Assembly: GCA_041657885.1 (NCBI GenBank)
Contig: JBBABB010000001.1
Location: 129,094 to 193,093 of the forward strand
Reading direction: 5' to 3'
From: Minisyncoccota bacterium
Lineage (GTDB): Bacteria; Patescibacteriota; Minisyncoccia; Phycocordibacterales; UBA9973
DNA: 64,000 nucleotides
Of this stretch, positions 19,409-28,494 are shown in pieces; within the stretch, counting starts at the first letter, position 1, and each line of letters starts with the position of its first letter. The translations under genes were made by a program, and so were the position numbers. The notes under the pieces are model-generated. The model was not told where the DNA came from. It saw only the letters and a program-made list of their open reading frames with translations, and searched no databases.

Positions 19409-19753
19409 ATGAAAAAAATTATTTCGTTAGGTTTAGTTTTAGGTGCCTTTCCGTTTTTTGTTTTTGCGACAGGAGATGTTGGCAGTATTATATTTCAGAT
19501 AACTGGTTACATTAATTTGATTGTTCCAGTATTAATCACAGTAGCTATTGGTTATTTTATTTGGGGAGTGATTCAATTTATCTCTTCTTCTGAGGAGGAA
19601 GCAAAAAAGAATGGCCGTACAAAGATTATCAATGGACTTATTGGACTCTTTGTTATTGTTGCTTTCTGGGGAATAATTGCTGTTGTTAGAAATACTTTTG
19701 GAATAACTGATAGTAGTGGTACGGCAGGTTCTGACGTAATAATACTTCCATAA
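19409..19753 (+). CDS. Pilin-like two-TM paralog 4
   Basis: GYFIWGVIQFISSSEEEAKKNGRTKIINGLIG. Confidence 0.4.
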   Translation: MKKIISLGLVLGAFPFFVFATGDVGSIIFQITGYINLIVPVLITVAIGYFIWGVIQFISSSEEEAKKNGRTKIINGLIGLFVIVAFWGIIAVVRNTFGITDSSGTAGSDVIILP

Positions 19754-19785
19754 TAATACGTTAGAATTTCTCAATATTAAAATAT

Positions 19786-20109
19786 ATGATTTTCCAAATT
19801 ATACCAGTTGCAGAGGCAAGTATAACAACATTAATGAGAAGTATTGATAAAGTAATTATTAACCCTCTTATTGTTTTGTTGTTTGCTCTTGCTGTGGCGT
19901 TTTTCATTTATGGACTTGCAGAATATTTACTATCTCCAGATAATGAAGAAATACGTAAAACAAGCAAGTCCCGTATGCTTTGGGGAATAATAGGAATGTT
20001 CATAATGATTGCAGTTTTTGGAATTATGGGTTTGATTCTTAACACTTTGGGTGAGAAAAATATACAAGTTTATCCTAGTGGGGATTATGAAATTGGGAAT
20101 CTTAAGTAG
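19786..20109 (+). CDS. Pilin-like two-TM paralog 5
   Basis: FFIYGLAEYLLSPDNEEIRKTSKSRMLWGIIG. Confidence 0.4.
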   Translation: MIFQIIPVAEASITTLMRSIDKVIINPLIVLLFALAVAFFIYGLAEYLLSPDNEEIRKTSKSRMLWGIIGMFIMIAVFGIMGLILNTLGEKNIQVYPSGDYEIGNLK

Positions 20110-20130
20110 TATTAAGAATTTGGTAAAAAA

Positions 20131-20156
20131 AAGCGTCTCACTTCTGTGAGGCGCTT
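20131..20156. terminator. Bidirectional terminator hairpin (aagcgtctcac-ttct-gtgaggcgctt) between convergent genes
   Basis: 11-bp stem (one GU) flanked by A8 and T-rich tracts. Confidence 0.6.
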
Positions 20157-20169
20157 TCTATTTATGAAA

Positions 20170-20595
20170 TTACAATTTTTTGAATTCACATACGACGGTA
20201 ATTTCCTCGTCGTAGAAATAAAGATCAAAATAGGCAACATGTTTACCTGCATCATGGTATTGTCCGTCACCCCAAATTTCTTTTGGACCATTTTGGGCTT
20301 GATGATAGTATTTTTTGCCACCACCAGAACATGTGTAACTGTACCCAGAAGGAACATCAACTTGCTTCACCTCACCTTTTTTTAAAAAGTAATGTTTAGT
20401 GAATCTACTCGGGAGAGTATCTACACTTTTACTTTGTATTTGAGCTTTTGTAGATGATTCGGCTTCAATTTTTGCCTTTTCTTTTTTCTCAGCCCTTTTA
20501 TTTTTACAGGATTTAAATCCAGAAAGAACAAAGAAAAGGAGAACAATTGCTATAAAGCCGGTCCAAAGCCAGCTTTTCAATTTTTGGTCATTCAT
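20170..20595 (-). CDS. Membrane-anchored protein co-transcribed with SPFH protein (possible NfeD-like partner)
   Basis: N-terminal TM; 4-bp overlap with the upstream gene. Confidence 0.25.
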   Translation of the reverse strand: MNDQKLKSWLWTGFIAIVLLFFVLSGFKSCKNKRAEKKEKAKIEAESSTKAQIQSKSVDTLPSRFTKHYFLKKGEVKQVDVPSGYSYTCSGGGKKYYHQAQNGPKEIWGDGQYHDAGKHVAYFDLYFYDEEITVVCEFKKL

Positions 20596-21821
20596 GATTT
20601 ACCTCCTTTCATTATTGATGAAATCAAATCTCCTAATCCGGCAAAATTGCCGAGTGAGCCATCATAAATGAATCCTTTACCATCCTTAATCATTTTCCAC
20701 TTCATGATAAAGTTCAAACATTCTCCTATTGAGATATCAGGTTTGGATACTTCAAGAGCTTCCTTTAGTTTTATAGCCTTTTTAATATCTGTTTCTACCT
20801 CATAGGTTTCAGATTTCCGCTCATTTTCTTCTCTCTGGAAAGCAATGTCTGCTTTGTAAATTTCATTATTTGGGTCTGGGCTAACATCCCCAATCGTTAA
20901 TCTTTGGAGATAAGCTCCGGTTTTAATGATCTTGATTTTGACATTTCCTCGCTGGAGATTTTCAAGAAGAGAAATTCTTACCCTGATTTTTTCTTTCAGA
21001 ACATTGACATTGATATCTAACTCCTTAATTTTCTCTGAAAGTCTTTTCCACTTCGAGTCCATTTCTTTATCCCATTCTTTATCCCATTCTTCACCATCTC
21101 CCCATTGCTTTCTAACAATGGCATTAGGTGGATCTTTTTTCCGATACCAATCTAATAAAATAGGAGTAGGAATATCTTCGTTAATCAATTTTAGATAATC
21201 AAAACCCTCATCAATATTTTTACCTTCTGGATTATTAGGATCTTGACATAAGGCTTTGACTAGAAAATCAATTGTCTGCAACTTAGCTGTTATCATCTCT
21301 TGCCAAGTTGTCGGACCTTCCTCTTTGTGTCTTGAGTATTCACGCAATCTTCCTTCTAAAATGTTTGCGATATGTGCATCAACACCTTTATCTTCTCCGA
21401 TGTTGATATACTCTTCACATGTTTCATCATCAATATTCCAAGCCAGAGAAATGGGAATTTTTATGTCCACATTGTCAGGCGTTAAAATTTGTTGAGGATT
21501 AAGCTCTCTCTGTCTCCGTTCTTTGGAGATAAGAAGAATATCGTAGACTATTCCTTTTAGAAAGACCCAATTAAGTCCCTCTCCTAAAATTACTGCCTTC
21601 TTATCTGTTGTCCAGATTTTTTTACCCAATCTAGTCATAAGACCAATATGGGGAGGCTTGTTAGTGATAGTTACAATTCCCTGAATAATTAATCCACCTG
21701 ATAAACAGGTAGTTAATAAAAGCATAATACTTATATGCGGAATTCCCGCAAATAAGACTATAGTACTGAGAGCAAAGATAGCTATCGATACTATTAATGG
21801 AGTTTTGTCGTCTTTTTTCAT
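20592..21821 (-). CDS. SPFH/band-7 (flotillin/HflK-like) domain membrane protein with coiled-coil tail
   Basis: Two N-terminal TM helices; ILGEGLNWVF...QQILTPDNVDIKIPISLAWNI fits the SPFH core (..G...V...G......PG......P.......R.Q....TKDNV.V.V.AVV.Y.V); long charged coiled coil. Confidence 0.45.
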   Translation of the reverse strand: MKKDDKTPLIVSIAIFALSTIVLFAGIPHISIMLLLTTCLSGGLIIQGIVTITNKPPHIGLMTRLGKKIWTTDKKAVILGEGLNWVFLKGIVYDILLISKERRQRELNPQQILTPDNVDIKIPISLAWNIDDETCEEYINIGEDKGVDAHIANILEGRLREYSRHKEEGPTTWQEMITAKLQTIDFLVKALCQDPNNPEGKNIDEGFDYLKLINEDIPTPILLDWYRKKDPPNAIVRKQWGDGEEWDKEWDKEMDSKWKRLSEKIKELDINVNVLKEKIRVRISLLENLQRGNVKIKIIKTGAYLQRLTIGDVSPDPNNEIYKADIAFQREENERKSETYEVETDIKKAIKLKEALEVSKPDISIGECLNFIMKWKMIKDGKGFIYDGSLGNFAGLGDLISSIMKGGKS

Positions 21822-21942
21822 GATATTTAGTTTTTAATGAATATTTTATTTTGCTTAGATTATATCATTATTATATATAAAAGTCAAGGGGGCTAAAAAT
21901 TAGTTCAACAAGTAAGTGCAACACTTTCACTAAACAATAAAA

Positions 21943-21965
21943 ACGACCCTATAAGGGTCGTTTTT
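21943..21965. terminator. Bidirectional terminator hairpin acgaccct-ataa-gggtcgt flanked by A5/T5
   Basis: Lies immediately 3' of the minus-strand small ORF 21978..22052. Confidence 0.55.
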
Positions 21966-21977
21966 ATTGTTTTTTCT

Positions 21978-22052
21978 TTATTGAGTGGGAGTTTCAGGAG
22001 TTGGACAAGTACAAGGTTGATTGCCACAAACAGGGCATTTTTCTTCGTTCAT
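21978..22052 (-). CDS. Small Cys/Pro/Thr-rich peptide (24 aa: MNEEKCPVCGNQPCTCPTPETPTQ)
   Basis: ATG to TAA ORF (below the ORF-track size cutoff) followed by an intrinsic terminator; CPVC/CTC motifs. Confidence 0.3.
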   Translation of the reverse strand: MNEEKCPVCGNQPCTCPTPETPTQ

Positions 22053-22402
22053 ATTATTAATTAATTTAATAGTAATTAAATGGAGAGATAAAAAGACTAA
22101 TTAGTATCTACCATATCTTTTGAGTATAAACTAAATAAGTAAAAAAAGACAGCAAATAAATCTGAGGAAATATATTTTTGTGACCCTAGGGGGTTGGAAT
22201 TGAAATCAGATTGTGGAGAATATAAGGGGATTTAAGAAATTGAGTATAAATTCAGACTATTGACTTATATTATTAGTAGTTGTATAAATATGATATAAAA
22301 CTAGCTCTTTAACAATAGGTTTCCTTTTCGTCGCCAGACACAAGGTTTCAATACTTTGTGCCTGGCGATGATGAACATTTCTAGGTCTATACTAATGTTG
22401 GT

Positions 22403-23017
22403 ATGGATATTCGGCGGAGAACGTCGAAAAGGAGAAATATTATGGAAGCAATTAAAATTATTATTTTGATGATTTTTTTATTTTTATTTCTTTTTATCTT
22501 TTTTTTAATTCTAGTTTTTAATTGGATAAAAGTAACTAATTTTTTATTTCCTTCATTAAAAAGGTGGAGAGAGAAAAAGTGGAACAAAGAAATACAAGAG
22601 ATAAAAGATTACCAGAAAAAATCAGACGAGGAACATAAATTTATCCAGCTTAGAACTAGTTGTAAAGATACATTTGGTTTTGAATTGGAAACAGTCAACG
22701 AAAGTGGCAATCAAAATGAAGTTATTCGAATTGTTAATCTATTAGCTTATGAAACTTCTGAAGCATGTGTCAAGCAAAATATGGAAAACAGAGGAAAAAA
22801 AGTTAAGAAATATGTTCACCCTAAAGATCAAAATAATCTATTCCCCGATTTTATATCATGGGATACAGTAGTACAAAGAAGAAAAATTTCTTGGGCAGAA
22901 ACGAGAGAATTAGCTTTAAAAATTGTTCCAGAACTGAAAGACCAAATGCCTCACTTTAGTGAGTTTGATCCTTTAAAGAGTTATAGTGCAAAACATCTTC
23001 TCAAAAAGAAAATGTAA
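22403..23017 (+). CDS. Hypothetical membrane-anchored protein
   Basis: ORF with N-terminal TM; followed by a terminator. Confidence 0.35.
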   Translation: MDIRRRTSKRRNIMEAIKIIILMIFLFLFLFIFFLILVFNWIKVTNFLFPSLKRWREKKWNKEIQEIKDYQKKSDEEHKFIQLRTSCKDTFGFELETVNESGNQNEVIRIVNLLAYETSEACVKQNMENRGKKVKKYVHPKDQNNLFPDFISWDTVVQRRKISWAETRELALKIVPELKDQMPHFSEFDPLKSYSAKHLLKKKM

Positions 23018-23035
23018 AATTAAGTAATTAAATTA

Positions 23036-23068
23036 TTAGCATATACTTCGGTGTATGCTAATTTTTTT
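23036..23068 (+). terminator. Rho-independent terminator (ttagcatatac-ttcg-gtgtatgctaa + T7)
   Basis: 11-bp perfect stem, T-run. Confidence 0.65.
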
Positions 23069-23305
23069 ATTTCTACCGGGATTGTGAGTACACTTATTGA
23101 ACCTTATCTTAGGATCACTTAGATATGCTTCGCATTCTAGAATAGTGTAGTCACAAGTTACTAAATCTTTTACTTCTTAAAATCGTAAAAGATGTAAGTA
23201 CTCGCGACTCCAGCTCGGCAATTTTTCTACTGAAAAATTATGCTTGCGCTTTCACAAAAGCGAAAAAGACTGGAGCAGTCCAGTCTTTTTGAATTCACGC
23301 TTTTG

Positions 23306-23377
23306 TGACCCTACTGGGAATTGAACCCAGATTACCGGCTTGAAAAGCCGATGTCCTAACCGTTAGACGATAAGGCC
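23306..23377 (-). tRNA. tRNA-Glu (anticodon UUC)
   Basis: Cloverleaf: acceptor GGCCTTA/TAGGGTC (two G-U), D-arm TCGTC...GAC, anticodon stem TCGGC/GCCGG with loop TTTTCAA, T-arm CTGGG-TTCAATT-CCCAG. No encoded CCA. The overlapping 60-aa ORF is spurious. Confidence 0.8.
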
Positions 23378-23447
23378 CTAAAAAATTTAACAAAAGCATT
23401 GTAGCATTTTTTAATTCAAAAACAAAATTTATAACCATATTATTTTG

Positions 23448-23456
23448 TGATATAAT
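23448..23456 (+). promoter_or_regulatory. Extended -10 TGTGATATAAT 6 nt upstream of gpmI ATG
   Basis: Motif. Confidence 0.5.
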
Positions 23457-23462
23457 ATCTAA

Positions 23463-24974
23463 ATGATCAAAAAACAAATTGCTTTAATTGTGCTTGATGG
23501 CTGGGGATACAGAGAGGATAAAAAAGATAATGCCATAGCGCAGGCGCACAAGCCTATATTTGATAATATTTGGAATACATGCCCGCACACTACACTTAAA
23601 GCTTCTGGATTAGCCGTTGGACTACCTGATAGACAAATGGGTAATAGTGAAGTTGGACATATGACAATAGGTGCCGGTAGAATTTTGGACCAAGATTTAG
23701 TAAGAATAAATAAAGCTATCTTATCTGGTGAATTTAAAAATAGTCCTGCTCTTCACACTTTGTTTGAGCATGTTGTGAAAAATAATTCTACTCTTCATGT
23801 GGCAGGGCTCGTGTCTCCGGGTGGAGTACATAGCCACATGTCGCATCTATTTGCATTTTTGGAAAATGCGAAAGATTATGGGATTAAAAAAATTGCGATT
23901 CATATTTTTACCGATGGGCGTGACACACCATCTCAAGCAGGAGCCGGATATATTAAACAGCTTGAAGATGTTATTGAGAGACTAGGTGTAGGCGAGATTG
24001 CTTCCGTCTCTGGGCGATTATATGCGATGGATAGGGATAAACGTTGGGAGCGTCTTTCTAAAGCAGAACAAGTAATATTTGAAGGAAAAGGAAATATTTG
24101 TGATATAAAACCATCTGTTTATTTAGAAAATTTATATAACACGTCCATTAAGTCGGATGAATACCTAGAGCCGTTTGTTTGTCAAAATAAAGAAGGTGGC
24201 ACCTATACTTTAAATAAAAATGATGGATTCTTTTTATTTAATTTTCGAGCCGACCGTATGAGAATGCTTACAGAAAAAATAGTAAAAAAATCAAAAGAGG
24301 ATAATATTTGTTTAGTGACAATGACAAATTATGGTAAAGAATATAAAAGTTTAATTGTTTTTCCTCCGGTAAAAATAGAAATAACTCTTGGAAAAATAAT
24401 TAGTGAAAATGGTATGACTCAAGTTCATATTGCCGAGACAGAGAAATTTGCTCATGCGACTTATTTCCTAAATTGTGGAGAAGAAACTCCATATAAAGGG
24501 GAAGAACAAATTCTTATTCAAAGTCCAAAAGGGGTATTTACTTATGATTTAGCTCCAAAGATGTCAGCCGAATTAGTTGCGGATGAAGCAATAAAACAAA
24601 TAAAAAAAGGGACAGATTTTGTATTTATAAATTTTGCGAATGCAGATATGGTTGGACATACTGCCAATGTTCCTGCGATAATAACTGCAATAGAAGAAGT
24701 AGACAAACAACTTGGACGAGTACTTGAAGAGCTTCACTCTAATAATGGTATTGCCTGTGTTACGGCTGATCATGGAAATGCTGAAATTAATATTGACCCT
24801 ATTACAGGATTAAAACATACTTCTCATACTACTGATCCCGTACCATTTATAATGACAGATAGTAGTAAGGAGTTAAAAGAAAAAGGGGGTTTAATAGATG
24901 TAGCCCCTACCGTTTTAGACTTATTTGACATAAAAAAACCAGAAGAAATGACCGGAGAAAGTTTAATTATGTAA
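23463..24974 (+). CDS. gpmI: 2,3-bisphosphoglycerate-independent phosphoglycerate mutase
   Basis: LIVLDGWGYRE...GLPDRQMGNSEVGHMTIGAGRI... Confidence 0.95.
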   Translation: MIKKQIALIVLDGWGYREDKKDNAIAQAHKPIFDNIWNTCPHTTLKASGLAVGLPDRQMGNSEVGHMTIGAGRILDQDLVRINKAILSGEFKNSPALHTLFEHVVKNNSTLHVAGLVSPGGVHSHMSHLFAFLENAKDYGIKKIAIHIFTDGRDTPSQAGAGYIKQLEDVIERLGVGEIASVSGRLYAMDRDKRWERLSKAEQVIFEGKGNICDIKPSVYLENLYNTSIKSDEYLEPFVCQNKEGGTYTLNKNDGFFLFNFRADRMRMLTEKIVKKSKEDNICLVTMTNYGKEYKSLIVFPPVKIEITLGKIISENGMTQVHIAETEKFAHATYFLNCGEETPYKGEEQILIQSPKGVFTYDLAPKMSAELVADEAIKQIKKGTDFVFINFANADMVGHTANVPAIITAIEEVDKQLGRVLEELHSNNGIACVTADHGNAEINIDPITGLKHTSHTTDPVPFIMTDSSKELKEKGGLIDVAPTVLDLFDIKKPEEMTGESLIM

Positions 24975-25028
24975 TTTTAATTAGCTTGATAATCATAGTT
25001 TAATTCTGTATAATCAAAAAGTTTATTG

Positions 25029-25118
25029 GGAGGGTTGGCAGAGAGGTTGATTGCACCGCTTTCGAAAAGCGGAATTCTCGAAAGAGGATCACAAGTTCAA
25101 ATCTTGTACCCTCCGCCA
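25029..25118 (+). tRNA. tRNA-Ser (anticodon CGA), type II with long variable arm, CCA encoded
   Basis: GGAGGGT acceptor, anticodon stem CCGCT/AGCGG with loop TTCGAAA, long variable arm, T-arm ACAAG-TTCAAAT-CTTGT, ...ACCCTCC-G-CCA. Confidence 0.9.
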
Positions 25119-25130
25119 TCGTAGTAGCAT

Positions 25131-25203
25131 GCGCGGTTAGCTCAGTTGGTAGAGCGTTCCCTTGACGTGGGAAAGGTCATAGGTTCAAATCCTATACCGC
25201 GTA
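25131..25203 (+). tRNA. tRNA-Val (anticodon GAC)
   Basis: GCGCGGT acceptor, D-arm GCTCAGTTGGTAGAGC, anticodon loop TTGACGT, T-arm ATAGG-TTCAAAT-CCTAT. Confidence 0.9.
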
Positions 25204-25205
25204 CT

Positions 25206-25967
25206 ATGCAAAATACACAAATAATTATTTTAGCAGCGGGGAAAAGTAAAAGAATGGAATCAGATGAGCCCAAGGCACTTGCCATGCTTCGTGGTAAACC
25301 ATTTTTGCAACATATTTTAGACACGCTGTCGCATTTAAATTTACCCATTAAACCGGTTATAGTTGTTGGTCATAAAAAGGAACGTATTTTTGAGGTAATA
25401 GGGCGTGATTATAATTATGCTCACCAAGAAGAACAACTTGGAACAGGTCATGCAGTTATGTCTGCTAAAAGTTCTACTCACCCAGACCACAAAATAGTTG
25501 TTGTCCTTTCTAACGACCAGCCATTGATTTCAAAAGAAACAATTCTAAAAATAATTGAAACTCATAAAAATAATAATGCTGTTATTACATTGGGGACTGT
25601 AGTATTACCTGATTTTAAAGATTGGAGAGCAGGGGCATATTACTTAGGCAGAATTGTTAGAAATGAAAATAATAAGGTTGTTGGTATTATTGAGTATAAA
25701 GATGCAAGTGAAAAAGAAAGAGAAATAAAAGAAATAAACTGTGCTATGTATGCTTTTGATTCAGAGTGGCTTTGGGAAAATATAGATAAAATAAAAAATC
25801 AAAATGTAGCTAATGAATATTACTTAACGGATTTAGTTAAATTAGCAAGTGAGGAAGGGAAGATAATAGAAGCTGTTCAATTAAAAAATATAATGGAACT
25901 TTTCCAACCAAATTCAAAACAAGAATTAGAAATCCTTGAAGGAATACTAGCTAATCAAAATCTGTAA
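25206..25967 (+). CDS. Sugar-phosphate nucleotidyltransferase (GlmU N-terminal domain-like)
   Basis: [39 protein letters not shown] matches the GlmU/NTP_transferase N-terminus. Start moved to 25206 to clear tRNA-Val. Confidence 0.6.
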   Translation: MQNTQIIILAAGKSKRMESDEPKALAMLRGKPFLQHILDTLSHLNLPIKPVIVVGHKKERIFEVIGRDYNYAHQEEQLGTGHAVMSAKSSTHPDHKIVVVLSNDQPLISKETILKIIETHKNNNAVITLGTVVLPDFKDWRAGAYYLGRIVRNENNKVVGIIEYKDASEKEREIKEINCAMYAFDSEWLWENIDKIKNQNVANEYYLTDLVKLASEEGKIIEAVQLKNIMELFQPNSKQELEILEGILANQNL

Positions 25968-25989
25968 ATAATAAAATCAAAACGAAAAC

Positions 25990-26084
25990 AAATAGTCTTA
26001 TCAAAGGGGCTTTGGAGCGCGTCGGCGCGAGAACTGAGCAAATTTTTAGCAAAAAATTTGAGTACCCTTTGAGAAGAGCTATTT
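25990..26084. repeat. MITE-like repeat family A, copy 2 (inverted orientation)
   Basis: Reverse complement matches the core of 8470..8587; sits between convergent genes. Confidence 0.7.
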
Positions 26085-26102
26085 GTTGTAGTTTTGTGTA
26101 AT

Positions 26103-27029
26103 TTATTTATTTTTATGTATCCAAATGTAGACGTCTTCGAGGGCTTTGACTGCGTCGCCAGCGGCAATATTATTTTGGTGGTATCTACCATTCGTACAAT
26201 CACCCGCGGCCCATATACCAGGGACTGATGTCATTTGCGTCATTGGGTCTACTACAATTTTACCAATTTTATCCATCTCAACGACATTTTTTACAAAATC
26301 AACATTTGGTGTTTGCCCGATTTCTACGAAGATACCCGTTGTTGGAATTGTACTTTCAACTCCTGTAATTTTATCTTTATAAGTTAGAGAACTCACAAAC
26401 TTATCACCATCTACTCTTATTATTTCTGCATTTGTTATTGCTTTAAATTTAGGATTTTCAAAAATTTTCTTAATGGTTATTTCATCGGCTCTGAATTCCG
26501 CACTTCGGTGTATTAATGTTACGCTTTTACAATAGGCGAGGAGTTGAGCCGATGTTTCAAACGCAGCATTGCCCCCTCCTATAACAAGTACATCTTGGTC
26601 TGCAAATAAAGGGCCATCACATGACGCACAATAAGTAATGCCTTTATTTTCAAACTTGTCAGCATTTATAGCAACGAGCTTTCGTCTACCACTACCTGTC
26701 GCAATAAGAACAGCTCGTGAAGTAAATTCTTTCCCTGACTCAGATTTTATTGTAAATATTTTATTGCTTTGAATAATAGAAATAATTTTTTCACTTTCAA
26801 TAATATCTAAATATGATCCCTTATAATAAAGAACATGTTTTTTTAAATTTAAAGCAAGATCTATCCCCGAAATTTCAGGTGTCCCAATCCAGTTATATAT
26901 AAGCTCTGAGACTATAGACTGTCCCCCAAATTCATTGGTGATAATAGCAGTTTTTAGTTGTTTGCGAGCAGAATATACTGTAGCTGCAGTGCCTGCTGGC
27001 CCTCCACCTAATATAATTAAATCGTACAT
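26103..27029 (-). CDS. trxB: Thioredoxin reductase
   Basis: YDLIILGGGPAGTAA (FAD), CASCDG redox-active disulfide, GGGNAAFE (NADPH). Confidence 0.9.
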   Translation of the reverse strand: MYDLIILGGGPAGTAATVYSARKQLKTAIITNEFGGQSIVSELIYNWIGTPEISGIDLALNLKKHVLYYKGSYLDIIESEKIISIIQSNKIFTIKSESGKEFTSRAVLIATGSGRRKLVAINADKFENKGITYCASCDGPLFADQDVLVIGGGNAAFETSAQLLAYCKSVTLIHRSAEFRADEITIKKIFENPKFKAITNAEIIRVDGDKFVSSLTYKDKITGVESTIPTTGIFVEIGQTPNVDFVKNVVEMDKIGKIVVDPMTQMTSVPGIWAAGDCTNGRYHQNNIAAGDAVKALEDVYIWIHKNK

Positions 27030-27087
27030 AGTAGTTATTTTATACTAAAAAATCAAAAATTCATAATAAAAAAATAGGGTCGTCCAT

Positions 27088-27184
27088 AAAATAGCTCTTC
27101 TCAAAGGGTACGCAAATTTTTTACTAAAAATTTGCTCGGTTCTCGCTCCGTCGAGCTCCAAAGCCCCTTTGATAAGACTATTTT
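27088..27184. repeat. MITE-like repeat family A, copy 3
   Basis: aaaatagctcttctcaaagggtac...ctcgctccgtcgagctccaaagcccctttgataagactatttt. Confidence 0.7.
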
Positions 27185-27196
27185 ATTTCCTCCCTC

Positions 27197-28378
27197 TTAT
27201 TTCTTATTTCTCCTTAGAAATGCTGGAACGGTACTCCAGTCATCAGTATCATCGATAAATAAATCATCTTCTACTTTTTCTCCCTTTTTTATATAATCTG
27301 AAGATCCGTTTTTTGTTTCATCTTTTTTAACAGCCTGCAATATTTCCTCTTTTGTAGAGTTTACTATAGTTTGCTCCGTGCCTCTTGCTTGCCCCATTTG
27401 GAAGAGTGATCGCTTTGGCATATCTGTAGGAAAACCAGTGGCGATAACAGTAACTTTCATTTCTCCTTTTTTAAGTTTCTCATCTCGGATTGTTCCAAAA
27501 ATAACCTTAGCATCTTTATCAATGGATTCGGTAATAACTTTTGCGGCTTCTTGAATTTCGTGGATAGTTAGATCATCTCCACCTGAAATAGCAAACAATA
27601 CTCCTCTTGCTCCAGAAATAGATAGGTCAAGAAGAGGGGAATTAATTGCTATAAGTGCGGCTTTCTCGGCACGTCCTTCTCCTGCGGCAATTCCAACTCC
27701 CATCAATGCGCTTCCTGCATCAAACATAACCGCCTTGATATCAGCGAAGTCAACATTTATTATACCGGGAGTTGTTATTAATTCGGAGATACCTTCAACG
27801 GCCTGCTTGAGGACTTCGTCACACATAGCAAAAGCTTGTCTGAATCCGACATCTTTTCCTGAAATGACGATAAGTCTATCATTAGGAATAACTAAAATAG
27901 CATCAACTTCTTTTTCAAGTTCAGCAAGTCCAATATCTGCAATTTTCATTCTTTGATTTCCTTCAAAAGAAAATGGTTTAGTAACAACTGCGACTGTTAG
28001 AATTCCTTGTTCCTTTGCGGCTTGAGCAATAATAGGGGCAGCTCCGGTACCAGTCCCTCCTCCCATCCCGCAAGCGATGAATACCATGTCAGCTCCTTTT
28101 ATGACATCTTGTATCTCGGCTTTAGTCTCTTCTGCAGCACGACGACCCACTTCTGGGTTCATTCCTGCTCCCAATCCATGAGTGAGATTTTTCCCCAAGT
28201 GAACTTTTTTTTCTGCAAGTGCGTTATGTAAGTCTTGAGTATCTGTGTTCATTGCTATGAACTCAACTCCTTTAACTTTAGAATTAATCATATGATTCAA
28301 GGCATTTTTTCCTGAACCACCAAGTCCGATGACTTTAATTCTGGCGAATGATTCAATCTCTGGGTTTATTTTAGGCAT
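27197..28378 (-). CDS. ftsZ: Cell division protein FtsZ
   Basis: [15 protein letters not shown]..., [13 protein letters not shown] tubulin signature. Start at MPKINPE. Confidence 0.95.
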   Translation of the reverse strand: MPKINPEIESFARIKVIGLGGSGKNALNHMINSKVKGVEFIAMNTDTQDLHNALAEKKVHLGKNLTHGLGAGMNPEVGRRAAEETKAEIQDVIKGADMVFIACGMGGGTGTGAAPIIAQAAKEQGILTVAVVTKPFSFEGNQRMKIADIGLAELEKEVDAILVIPNDRLIVISGKDVGFRQAFAMCDEVLKQAVEGISELITTPGIINVDFADIKAVMFDAGSALMGVGIAAGEGRAEKAALIAINSPLLDLSISGARGVLFAISGGDDLTIHEIQEAAKVITESIDKDAKVIFGTIRDEKLKKGEMKVTVIATGFPTDMPKRSLFQMGQARGTEQTIVNSTKEEILQAVKKDETKNGSSDYIKKGEKVEDDLFIDDTDDWSTVPAFLRRNKK

Positions 28379-28494
28379 ATATTTATTTATAGACAAAAGT
28401 CTTCCATTAATAATAAGTTTATGTAAGTACATAATAGCAGAAATCAAGAAAAAGGGAACATATTGACATATATCTTTTTTATTGTCTTATATTG

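Noticed and set aside
23295-23477. 60-aa minus-strand ORF from the ORF track
   Set aside because: It overlaps the tRNA-Glu(UUC) gene almost entirely and has no coding signal; treated as spurious.
25146-25205. 5' extension of the nucleotidyltransferase ORF ([20 protein letters not shown]...)
   Set aside because: It is the translation of tRNA-Val. The real start is the ATG at 25206 ([13 protein letters not shown]...), right after the tRNA.
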